64,000 nucleotides of DNA, taken from assembly GCA_964016885.1 (NCBI GenBank), contig OZ024746.1:3968001-4032000 (forward strand). Reading direction: 5' to 3'. The stretch's first letter is position 1; the number at the start of each line of letters is the position of its first letter. This document shows positions 40,931-53,202 of the stretch, in pieces. Source of the stretch: Eledone cirrhosa (taxonomy: Eukaryota). A program made the position numbers and the translations under genes. The notes beneath the pieces were generated by a model. The model saw only the letters and a program-made list of their open reading frames with translations, was not told the origin of the DNA and did not search any database.

Positions 40931-41524
40931 GTGTGAGCTGTCACACACACACACACACACACATAGGTGTGAGCTGTCACACACACACACATAGGTGTGA
41001 GCTGTCACACACACACACACATACACACACATAGGTGTGAGCTGTCACACACACACACATAGGTGTGAGCTGTCACACACACACACATAGGTGTGAGCTG
41101 TCACACACACACATAGGTGTGAGCTGTCACACACACACACATAGGTGTGAGCTGTCACACACACACACATAGGTGTGAGCTGTCACACACACACACATAG
41201 GTGTGAGCTGTCCCACACACACACATAGGTGTGAGCTGTCCCACACACACACATAGGTGTGAGCTGTCACACACACACACACATACACACACATAGGTGT
41301 GAGCTGTCACACACACACACATAGGTGTGAGCTGTCACACACACACACATAGGTGTGAGCTGTCACACACACACATAGGTGTGAGCTGTCACACACACAC
41401 ACATAGGTGTGAGCTGTCACACACACACACATAGGTGTGAGCTGTCACACACACACATAGGTGTGAGCTGTCACACACACACACATAGGTATGAGCTGTC
41501 ACACACACACATAGGTGTGAGCTG

Positions 41525-41558
<34 letters not shown>

Positions 41559-42113
41559 GTGTGAGCTGTCACACACACACACACACACACATAGGTGTGA
41601 GCTGTCACACACACACACATAGGTGTGAGCTGTCACACACACACACACATACACACACATAGGTGTGAGCTGTCACACACACACACATAGGTGTGAGCTG
41701 TCACACACACACACATAGGTGTGAGCTGTCACACACACACATAGGTGTGAGCTGTCACACACACACACATAGGTGTGAGCTGTCACACACACACACATAG
41801 GTGTGAGCTGTCACACACACACACATAGGTGTGAGCTGTCCCACACACACACATAGGTGTGAGCTGTCCCACACACACACATAGGTGTGAGCTGTCACAC
41901 ACACACACACATACACACACATAGGTGTGAGCTGTCACACACACACACATAGGTGTGAGCTGTCACACACACACACATAGGTGTGAGCTGTCACACACAC
42001 ACATAGGTGTGAGCTGTCACACACACACACATAGGTGTGAGCTGTCACACACACACACATAGGTGTGAGCTGTCACACACACACACACACATAGGTGTGA
42101 GCTGTCACACACA
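38290..42113. repeat. About 3.8-kb compound satellite: ATAGGTGTGAGCTGTC plus variable (AC)n
   Basis: More than 100 units with a constant 16-bp core and variable AC spacer. Confidence 0.97.
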
Positions 42114-42210
42114 GTGTACTGTGATCATATGACTGAATCGCCTCTTCCTTCAAATTATTGCTCTTGTGCTAATGTTAGAAAGACATCATTATTGTCGACT
42201 GAATCATAAC

Positions 42211-43281
42211 ATTACTGGTATCTATAGTATTACTGGTATCTATAGTATTACTGGTGTCTATAGTATTACTGGTATCTATAGTATTACTGGTGTCTATAGT
42301 ATTACTGGTGTCTATAGTATTACTGGTGTCTATAGTATTACTGGTATCTATAGTATTACTGGTGTCTATAGTATTACTGGTGTCTATAGTATTACTGGTG
42401 TCTATAGTATTACTGGTATCTATAGTATTACTGGTGTCTATAGTATTACTGGTATCTATAGTATTACTGGTGTCTATAGTATTACTGGTATCTATAGTAT
42501 TACTGGTATCTATAGTATTACTGGTGTCTATAGTATTACTGGTATCTATAGTATTACTGGTATCTATAGTATTACTGGTATCTATAGTATTACTGGTATC
42601 TATAGTATTACTGGTGTCTATAGTATTACTGGTGTCTATAGTATTACTGGTATCTATAGTATTACTGGTATCTATAGTATTACTGGTATCTATAGTATTA
42701 CTGGTGTCTATAGTATTACTGGTATCTATAGTATTACTGGTGTCTATAGTATTACTGGTATCTATAGTATTACTGGTGTCTATAGTATTACTGGTATCTA
42801 TAGTATTACTGGTATCTATAGTATTACTGGTGTCTATAGTATTACTGGTATCTATAGTATTACTGGTATCTATAGTATTACTGGTATCTATAGTATTACT
42901 GGTGTCTATAGTATTACTGGTGTCTATAGTATTACTGGTATCTATAGTATTACTGGTATCTATAGTATTACTGGTGTCTATAGTATTACTGGTGTCTATA
43001 GTATTACTGGTATCTATAGTATTACTGGTGTCTATAGTATTACTGGTATCTATAGTATTACTGGTGTCTATAGTATTACTGGTATCTATAGTATTACTGG
43101 TATCTATAGTATTACTGGTGTCTATAGTATTACTGGTATCTATAGTATTACTGGTATCTATAGTATTACTGGTGTCTATAGTATTACTGGTATCTATAGT
43201 ATTACTGGTGTCTATAGTATTACTGGTATCTATAGTATTACTGGTATCTATAGTATTACTGGTGTCTATAGTATTACTGGT
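42211..43281. repeat. 18-bp minisatellite ATTACTGGTRTCTATAGT, about 59 copies
   Basis: Direct reading. One A/G variable site. Confidence 0.98.
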
Positions 43282-44422
43282 AAAATGATGAAAAGTAAAG
43301 TTGACATTAGTTGGATTAGAACTCACAAACAGGAAGAAGGAAAACTAAAATATTGTAACGACTTCCCACAGTCTGGTACACTGTTACTTCTGTTAACTCC
43401 GCCACCACCATCAACATATAACTTATGATCCCTCCTATAACCTGCCACCATAGCCACATGCCGGATGAATATACCGAAATGTTAGTTTATAACTTTCTCC
43501 TTTTCTGAAAGCCAAATGGATAGTATCGTTCCAAATGCAAATTGAATTGACAAGATTTTCTTTAAATTGAAAAAGCAAAAACAAAACAAACAAATCAAAG
43601 ATCCAAACATAAAAGAAATAAGCAAACAAGTAAATAAATTACAATGACGTACAATAAACAGTGATTTATGGAGAGTGATAAGTTGATTTTATATTCACGA
43701 CACCTAATGTTTGAGAATGTCCGACTGACAACTTGAATCTATTACTGGCTTAATGCTGTGGAAAGAAAAAATATATAGAGAGAAGAAAGAATGGAGGAAA
43801 TAAATATATAAATAAATAAAGAAAGAAAGGTAGGAAGAATTGAAGAAATGAATGATGTTGAAAAGTAAAAGTGAAAAGAAATGAAGAGAACAATAAAACG
43901 ATGAAGGAAGAAATGAAAACACAAAGTGTTTCTGTCTATGATTGAACATTTATCGATATTATTATATTTGAGCGATACAAACATGAAATTATATTTAAAT
44001 TAATTCATCACATTGCTTGTCGAGTCCAAACAAAGAACATTAAGAGAAAGTATTTGAATATTCATAATGATAAATAAATAAATGAATATAATTTTAGATT
44101 AGTAAATAAATAAATAAGTCAATAAATAAGTTAAAAGAGGAAAAAAAAAACGCAACTTTATTACGATTGAAGGGAATTAACTGGGTTGTTTGAGAGGTAA
44201 GGTTTAGTTGAATCATTGAAGGGCAGCAGACTTAAATGAGTTAACTTTATTCCTTCTTGATGGTCGTCTGACATGATTGTGTAAGGGAGCTCTATTGAAA
44301 TATCCTTACAATTTTAACGAGATGCTGGTCAAAGTTGAGGTAATGAATTTATTGGTTTGTTGATTCCTTAAAAGAAGAGATAGACAGAAGAAGGGGAAAG
44401 AGAGAGAGACGGGGAGACAGGC

Positions 44423-44476
<54 letters not shown>

Positions 44477-44667
44477 AAGAGAGGGAGGGAGAGATGGTTT
44501 ACTTATAGCTCGTGAAGGAAGTTCTGTAGTGTAAGAGGTGGAGGCTTGAGAGATGTTAGGATAGTTAAATTGTGGGGGTGGGGCAGGGCATGAATTGGAA
44601 GGACGTACCCTAGACGTGGGCGGTGCCTGTAGTTTATAGAGGGCGACATCTTCACGTAGAAAAGCAA

Positions 44668-45213
44668 AGAGGTATTATACTTGAAGTTATAAATAGGAGG
44701 TTTATGAGAGGTGTTATACTTGAAGTTATAAATAGGAGGTTTATGAGAGGTGTTATACTTGAGGTTATAAATAGGAGGTTTATGAGAGGTGTTATACTTG
44801 AAGTTATAAATAGGAGGTTTATGAGAGGTGTTATACTTGAAGTTATAAATAGGAGGTTTATGAGAGGTGTTATACTTGAGGTTATAAATAGGAGGTTTAT
44901 GAGAGGTGTTATACTTGAAGTTATAAATAGGAGGTTTATGAGAGGTGTTATACTTGAAGTTATAAATAGGAGGTTTATGAGAGGTGTTATACTTGAGGTT
45001 ATAAATAGGAGGTTTATGAGAGGTGTTATACTTGAAGTTATAAATAGGAGGTATATGAGAGGTGTTATATTGAAGTTATAAATAGGAGGTTTATGAGAGG
45101 TGTTACACTTGAAGAATTAAATAGGAGGTTTATGAGAGGTGTTATACTTGAAGTTATAAATAGGAGGTTTATGAGAGGTGTTATACTTGAAGTTATAAAT
45201 AGGAGGTTTATGA
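44668..45213. repeat. 39-bp minisatellite GAGAGGTGTTATACTTGARGTTATAAATAGGAGGTTTAT, about 14 copies
   Basis: Direct reading. Confidence 0.97.
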
Positions 45214-45805
45214 GCAGTAATGATGTTTTAGATGCACTTACAGAATTAAAAAATTGTTGAAAATTATAATAATAATAATTTTTTTTTTATTTTTCAGTCG
45301 TCTTCATTTTACTGTATAATGGAGCGTGGTATTTTATACGAGAAATATCTTATTTAGTTTTAGGTTTCCTCCTATATTGAACTTTATTCATGGCTATGCT
45401 ACCAATTATTGTTAGTATTATTATTGGTAAATCTTACTCTGCCTAGTAACTATGGCAGAAGAAGCTGAAACGTTTTGAAGACAGGATTCTTTCTCTGCGA
45501 TTAGGCACTTATCATCTCCTTCCAGTAACATTTGAGAGAGAAGTACTGCCAGCTATTGTGTTTTAAAAAACAATATATATATATATATATATATCAGCTC
45601 CTGATTATTACTGGAATTCTATAAGAATCCAGCTTCTATAATTTTCGGCGGAAGCGGGGAGCGTGAAACAGACTGTTAGCTTCTCTCCCTTCTTTTGCCG
45701 AAAAGAAGTATGTGACATAGTCACTACTTTAAAACCGATAGCGTATGATCTTCTAAATGTTTTTAATTAAACATACGGTATATTGCCAAATATACTATAC
45801 ATACA

Positions 45806-45880
<75 letters not shown>

Positions 45881-45882
<2 letters not shown>

Positions 45883-46052
45883 ATCCAGGGTAACCACAGT
45901 AAGTAAGGTACTCAATATGTTAGTAGATTGTAGACAAATTTAATATAGAAGTGGCTTCTACAGGAGTAGAACTGTTTCATTCAAAGGAGTTCATCAGGTC
46001 TTCCTGATGATTCCTTTGAATGAAACAGTTCTACTCCTGTAGAAGCCATTTC
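45881..46052. mobile_element. Asymmetric palindromic HHR mini-element, family Y
   Basis: Arms 45948-45998/46003-46052 meeting at CATCAGG-TCTT-CCTGATGA. Tail shared with 51809-51870. Confidence 0.82.
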
Positions 46053-46253
46053 CCCCTCTCTCTCTATCTTTCTCTCTCTCTATCTCTCTCTCTCACTCTC
46101 TCTCTCTCTCTCTGTATATCTATATATATATATATATATATCTTTTTCTAACTCCTGCCTTTCTATTTGATGTCACTGACACTGTCAATAGTTATGTATC
46201 TATATAAATTTTCTGAAGACTAGGATTTTAAATACCTGTTTAAACATTGTGTA

Positions 46254-46300
46254 TGCTCCGATGATTCCAGACATTCGTCTGGAAGAAACAATTGTCAGCA
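46254..46300 (+). ncRNA. Type I hammerhead ribozyme motif (C4 variant)
   Basis: TGCT-CCGATGA-TTCCAGAC attc GTCTGGAA-GAAAC-AATT-GTC-AGCA. Confidence 0.82.
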
Positions 46301-46464
46301 ATTAAATGTATTAAACTAAGATTTGATTGTTTTATATTTTGTTTCTCGGTTCTGTAATATATTTGATAATTTACATAGACCCTTTTCTTTTACTGGTAAC
46401 TGGCTACTGCTTAGTACTACCCTCCATATTTACAATTATATATAAACCATATGTAAGTATAAAT

Positions 46465-46511
46465 ATTATTATTATTACTATATATATATATTATTACTAT
46501 ATATATATTAT

Positions 46512-46573
<62 letters not shown>

Positions 46574-47053
46574 ATTATTATATATATATATATTATTACT
46601 ATATATATATATTATTATTATATATATATATATTATTACTATATATATATATTATTACTATATATATATATATTATTACTATATATATATATTATTATTA
46701 TATATATATATATATATTATTACTATATATATATATTATTATTATATATATATATATATATTATTACTATATATATATATTATTACTATATATATATATT
46801 ATTATTATATATATATATATTATTACTATATATATATATATTATTACTATATATATATATTATTACTATATATATATTATTACTATATATATATATATTA
46901 TTACTATATATATATTATTACTATATATATATATTATTACTATATATATATATATTATTACTATATATATATATTATTACTATATATATATGTATTATTA
47001 CTATATATATATATTATTACTATATATATATTATTACTATATATATATATTAT

Positions 47054-47091
<38 letters not shown>

Positions 47092-47219
47092 ACTATATAT
47101 ATATATTATTACTATATATATATATTATTACTATATATATATATTATTACTATATATATATATTATTACTATATATATATTATTACTATATATATATTAT
47201 TACTATATATATATATTAT

Positions 47220-47267
<48 letters not shown>

Positions 47268-47302
47268 ACTATATATATATATATATATATATCATTACTA
47301 TA
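46465..47302. repeat. (TA)n/TATTATTAC low-complexity satellite
   Basis: Direct reading. Confidence 0.9.
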
Positions 47303-47812
47303 TAGAGAGATAGATATGTAGAGATATAATATGTACCTATTTTAACTATATATAACAAGGAATATACACTCATGTAAGCTGTATACATTGGACTAGGTTA
47401 TAATTTACAACTTTCTCTCACATATCCATCTTATCTGACATTAATTCCCTCTACATTGTTTAATTTATGATTTATTTTTTTATTAGCCGCGCTCTGCCTT
47501 TCTATAATTTCTGTTTATCTTCCATTTTGTCTCTCAACATTTCTGTTCATATTTCTTGAAACGTGAGTGGTCTTCGTTAAGCTTCTCTCTCCCTTTCTCT
47601 ATCACTTTCACACACTGACATACACACATATAACCACTTACACACACACACCCACATTGACATATATATATGTGTGTGTGTAAATATATATATATGCATA
47701 TATGTGTGTGCATATATATATGTGTCTGTGTGTGTGTGTCTGTGTGTGTGTGTGTGTCTGTGTGTCTCTCTCTTTCTCTCTCTGTGTCTGTGTGTGTGTG
47801 TGTGTGTGTGTC

Positions 47813-47848
<36 letters not shown>

Positions 47849-48201
47849 TGTATACAACTTAACTACCTTTTCCCTTCCATCGTCTTTCCATCTCCTTCTG
47901 CCCTAACCCTAACCCTAACCCTTCTATATATCTCAGTCAAAGGTAAATAACAGAAGCTCCCCTCCCTACCTCTCACACCTCACCCTTCCTTCCCATATCT
48001 TATCCCCAACAAATATATATCGTAATCTCTAAGGCGGGTAAAATACCCGAGATCCATGGACGAGTTCTCTCCAGGGGTCTCTGTCCCTCATTATCGCTGC
48101 CATGTCCTGCGTCTCCAACAGACCAGTGTCTGTCCTTAGGGCATCAACATATGCCGTAATGTCAGCCTTAAAGAGGAAGAATTAAGAGCTTTTGTAAATC
48201 T

Positions 48202-48549
48202 ATATATACGGGTAGATATATACGGGTAGATATATACAGGTAGATATATACGGGTAGATATATACAGGTAGATATATACGGGTAGATATATACGGGTAGA
48301 TATATACGGGTAGATATATACGGGTAGATATATATACCGGTAGATATATACAGGTAGATATATATACCGGTAGATATATAGGGGTAGATATATACGGGTA
48401 GATATATACAGGTAGATATATACAGGTAGATATATACGGGTAGATATATACGGGTAGATATATACGGGTAGATATATACGGGTAGATATATATACGGGTA
48501 GATATATATACGGGTAGATATATACGGGTAGATATACGGGTAGATATAG
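48202..48549. repeat. 14-bp tandem repeat TAGATATATACGGG
   Basis: Direct reading. Confidence 0.93.
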
Positions 48550-48658
48550 GTGCACACTCGCGTGTAAACACAAACAGATACCCACAGAAATATACACATG
48601 ATATATATATATATATATTGCTGCATGTGTGAGCGCAGATTTATACATATATGCAGAT

Positions 48659-48696
<38 letters not shown>

Positions 48697-48944
48697 ATAC
48701 ACAAACACACACACACACACACATACACACACAGACACATACACACATACCCACACAGAGAGACACAGACACAGACACACACACAGAGACACACACACAG
48801 CCACACACACACGCGCACACATATATATATATATATAATGTACCACAGAAGGAAAATGGAGTAAACAAAATAAGACCAGAAAGAAGAAGAGGCAGACAAA
48901 AGAACAAATAGTTACTGAAGAGGTTACACACACACACACACACA

Positions 48945-49024
<80 letters not shown>

Positions 49025-50440
49025 GTGAAAGAGTGAAGAATAACATGGTCGGCTGTACAAAAAGGGTTTTATTTACAGTATTAACAATTGTTTCATTGAT
49101 CAGGTGAGTCTAAAGACCGCTGATTACGACGCCGCAGGTCAAGGAAACTAGTCACATAAATAACATGAAAAAAGCTTCAACAAGGATTCGAACGCTGCTT
49201 GTAAATTCAACTAACTTCTTATTCTTAGACCGCCTTTTCTTTATATTTTCACTAATTTACACTTAGATGCACTTTAACTATAAAGAACTGGAACAACTGG
49301 AGCGTGCATTCCTATTGTTTTATTTTTAGCTTTCATTTATGTCTCTTCAGGTAGAATATACAATTGTAAACTTTGTTTTAAATTGAAAGTATTGCACTCT
49401 ATATAGTTCATTGGTTCTTGTCCATTGTGCTGTTGTTTTTATTATTATTATTTGTAGTAGTAGTGGTGTTGGGGGTAGTAGCAGTGGTGGTGGTGTTGGT
49501 GGTAGTAGCAGTAGTGGTGATGGTGGTGGTGGTAGTAGTAGTAGTAGTAGTGGTGGTAGTAGTAGTAGTAGTAGTAGTGGTAGTGGTGGTAGTAGTAGTA
49601 GTAGTAGTAGTATTTATTAAATTTAGTATTATTAATATTTATTTATGTTTATTTGAAATGGGCAATGTATTAAATGATCCAACATAAAAATATCTTTGCA
49701 ACAGAGTCAAGATAATGGAGATAATGCTAATAATAATAATAGTAGTAGTATTAGCAATAGTAGAAACAACAACAACAACAATAATAATATTAATAATAAC
49801 AACAACAATAATAATAATATCAATAATAATAATAAAGAAGATAAAAAATACAAACACAAAAGAAATTAGTGAACGGTGTAACGGAAAGATGTTAAGAATT
49901 ACTAGAAAGACATGGTACATATAAAAATGAATGGGTTATATAAAAAGGAAAGAAGCATGATTTATCTTGAAGGTAAGCAATCTACTGAGAAATAAACAAT
50001 AGAATAAAGAAAGTATTATAAAAGAGCAAGGAAGATGGTTTTGTACGCAGTGGAATAGATTGGTCGTTCTCAGAGAGGTCCAAGCAACCGATAAGAATAA
50101 ATTGGTCTACAAAAGCCACAGAGGAAGAGAAATTGAAGTTGTGCAGTGACCATATGAAGGTTCACGAGGTGCTGACCATATCTCCAGAACATATAAAATT
50201 ACACAGCAAAAAGTGAGAAGACAAAAAGAAATGTAAGTGAAAATTAAGAAAGGTAAAAAAGACATGAAAAGGAAATAAGACAAAATAAATAAAATAATAA
50301 AACGAGAAAAGACATGGAAATATATGGCATAAAACAATTTGAATTTATATCGATTGAATAAAAACAAAAACATATTCAGTAAAACTACTATTGATCAATG
50401 AAGCAAAAGTAAAAAGGATATATGTATGTATGTATAAACA

Positions 50441-50514
<74 letters not shown>

Positions 50515-50868
50515 CATATATATATATATATATAGAGAGAGAAGTAGTTCCTCAACAGTTAATTCACCATCCGAGTTCAATTATATATATATGTATATAA
50601 AATGGTCTCTCCCGTCTTATATCCACATATGAGGGTTCAACAGTCTTCTCTGTTCATTTTTTAATGGTTTTGCTTTAAATGGCTGTGATTTACACATTTA
50701 ATGCAGATGACAGGATTTTGAGCAGAGTAAAATCGAATGTTTGATCAAATATTGGTGTTTGATCACGAAGATCACCAGATAAGATTTTCCCACGTGGGTA
50801 TATGTGGATTAAAATAAAATATAATCTTTAAAGAACAAATTCTTTTAAATCAATCTATCTACATGTGA

Positions 50869-50908
<40 letters not shown>

Positions 50909-51330
50909 AATGGAAGTTTAGTAAAATCGAAGTTTTGGCTGTGGCAAAGCTAACGATATACAATTAGGAATGTGTAGCAAAGCACTCGATTATGTTGTGT
51001 CACCTGATAGTAATAACATACGTTAGATAGCTTGACAAATTGAAAACTGCAACAGGTGAACCCAGCCACATGAAACCAAAGCAACGAAAAAAAACAATCA
51101 GGTATTGACAAACAAATATATATATATACATATACATATACATACATATATAATAATAATATTATTTATAGTTATATATACACTATATACAACTATAAAC
51201 AGGAAAGGACAGTAATTCATTACTACCTTATTACCAGTAAGAAAAATAGCTCAATGTAAATACATCAGATGTTTAACAGAGCAGGAATATAAATTACACA
51301 ATAATCAAAGCTATGTTCAACTCATTTTAT

Positions 51331-51377
51331 TGCTGACAATCGTTTCTTCCAAACTTTCGTTTGGAATCATCGGAGCA
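51331..51377 (-). ncRNA. Type I hammerhead ribozyme motif (C4 variant), paralogue of 46254-46300
   Basis: Minus strand TGCT-CCGATGA-TTCCAAAC gaaa GTTTGGAA-GAAAC-GATT-GTC-AGCA. Confidence 0.82.
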
Positions 51378-51680
51378 CTAGCAAAGTTTGGACATATAAT
51401 TAACTTCCTATTCAACTGAACAATCATATAGATACATGGATATTAATGTTGTCATCAACCGTTTCGTATTTACAGAGTGGAATGGATGTGAAAGAGATTA
51501 CAAGAGAATAGTATAATAATTAAAGAGGCACAGAGTGGAATACATGCGACAGAGATTACAAGGGAATAGTATAATAATTAAAGAGGCATTAAGGTAGAAA
51601 GTTACTCATAAAACGAGGACACTAGCAGTACATATGCAAGCGTATAGAGAGTGAAAATGCGTTATATATATATATATATA

Positions 51681-51867
51681 TATTTAATATAGAAAAGCTT
51701 CTACAGGACTAGAACTGTTTCATTCGTGAGAAATCATCAGTCAGCTTTCTGATGATTTCTCACGAATGAAACAGTTCTAGTCCTGTAGAAGGTTTTCTAT
51801 ATTAAATATTTATACTCTGCTTTGTATTGAGTACTTTACTTACTGTGGTTACCCCCGATTGAACCCA

Positions 51868-51870
<3 letters not shown>
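51681..51870. mobile_element. Asymmetric palindromic HHR mini-element, family Y
   Basis: 60-bp arms 51681-51740/51749-51808 meeting at TCATCAG..CTGATGA, right tail, (TA)n on both sides. Confidence 0.85.
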
Positions 51871-51913
<43 letters not shown>

Positions 51914-51915
<2 letters not shown>

Positions 51916-52123
51916 CGAAGGAAATGTGGTAAAGAACCAGATGGACCATAACGCACCAAAGTACTCAATACTTAGGGTAGTAGAGTGGGTAATAGGAACG
52001 AGTAGGACCCCGACGGCTGAGCTCAAGCCGTTTCGACGGCTAATTCTGGACTCAGAATTTTGGAGTCCAGAATTAGCCGTCGAAACGGCTTGAGCTCAGC
52101 CGTCGGGGTCCTACTCGTTCCTA
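51914..52123. mobile_element. Asymmetric palindromic HHR mini-element, family X
   Basis: About 64-bp arms around a short AGAATTTTG loop, left tail, (TA)n on both sides. Confidence 0.85.
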
Positions 52124-52136
52124 TATATATATATAG

Positions 52137-52300
52137 GGTAAGGGTAAAGACCCCCTTCGGTCATAAATGACCATATGATTTGCACCTAGAATGTTCCGGG
52201 CGAGGTTATTTGTGAAAGATCAGTAGTCACCCATGCATGCCAGTCTCCTCTCTCCATGCCAGCGATGTTGTCCAAGGGAAAGGCAATGGCCGGTACGACT
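52137..52300 (-). mobile_element. SINE 3' fragment (family of 1148-1455)
   Basis: Reverse complement resembles 1310-1450. Confidence 0.55.
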
Positions 52301-52756
52301 TGAGCATGTGCCCCGCAAATTAATGCAGGGGGATGGGACAGCAACGATATTCTGGGATTATGAGTTTCAGACTGATAGAGCAATTGAGCATCGCCCATCG
52401 GACATTGTCGTGTTGGACAAGAAAGAGAAATATTGTCAGATCATCGACGTGGCCATAACAAATGACATCAATGCTGCAAGGTTGAAAGTGGAGATGGCGA
52501 GACTGGTTGGAATGCGAGAGGGTAGAGTGCATGTGATACCAGTTGTGATCGGAGGGCTTAGGATCAATACCATAGAAACTCCAAGACTTCTTAAAGTGGC
52601 TGGAAATACCATACAAGATTGGTATCATAGAAACACCAGCCTTGATAGGTACTAATCAGATTTTAAGGAAAGTCTTATCTGTCCGAGGACCTTGATTTGA
52701 CTTGAGTGATGACTAACTACTCCGGAATATTTCCCATCTACTTTGCTGGACTGGTA
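52301..52756 (+). mobile_element. R4/Dong-type RLE 3' fragment (second family) followed by a TAA/TGA repeat
   Basis: IFWDYEFQTDRAIEHRPSDIVVLDK..IIDVAI and VIPVVIGGL. Confidence 0.8.
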
Positions 52757-52979
52757 ATAATGGTAATAACAATAATGATGGTGATGATAATGATGATGAT
52801 GAGGATAATGATGGTGATGGTGATGGTGATGATGATGATGATGATGGTGATGGTGATGATGAGGATAATGATGATGATGGTGATGATGAGGGTGATGATA
52901 ATAATAATGATGGTGATGATGGTGATGATGATGATGAGGATGATGATGATGATGATAATGATGATGATGTTGATGATGA

Positions 52980-53166
52980 TAATTGTTTCTACTTTTGGCA
53001 CAAGGCCAGCAATTATCCCAGTGTATTACTGGTACTTTATTTTATCGACCCCGTAAGGATGAAAGGCAAAGTCAACCTCGGCGGGATTTGAACTCAGATC
53101 GTAAAGGGACGTAACTATGCTGCAAAGCATGGCGTCCGACCCTCTATCGATACTGCCAATCCACCG
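52980..53166 (-). mobile_element. Nin/Deu-domain-type tRNA SINE (short subfamily) adjoining an (ATC)n tract
   Basis: Full A and B boxes plus family core. Confidence 0.88.
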
Positions 53167-53170
53167 AAAA

Positions 53171-53202
<32 letters not shown>

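Noticed and set aside
38290-42113. CRISPR-like constant repeat with variable spacer
   Set aside because: Spacers are only (AC)n of varying length, eukaryotic context, no cas genes
42166-43428. Three long overlapping ORFs (ITGIYS / TSNTID / SIVLLV repeats)
   Set aside because: Consequence of an 18-bp tandem unit lacking stops in those frames, not coding
47901-47921. (CCCTAA)3 telomeric repeat
   Set aside because: Only three units, too short to call
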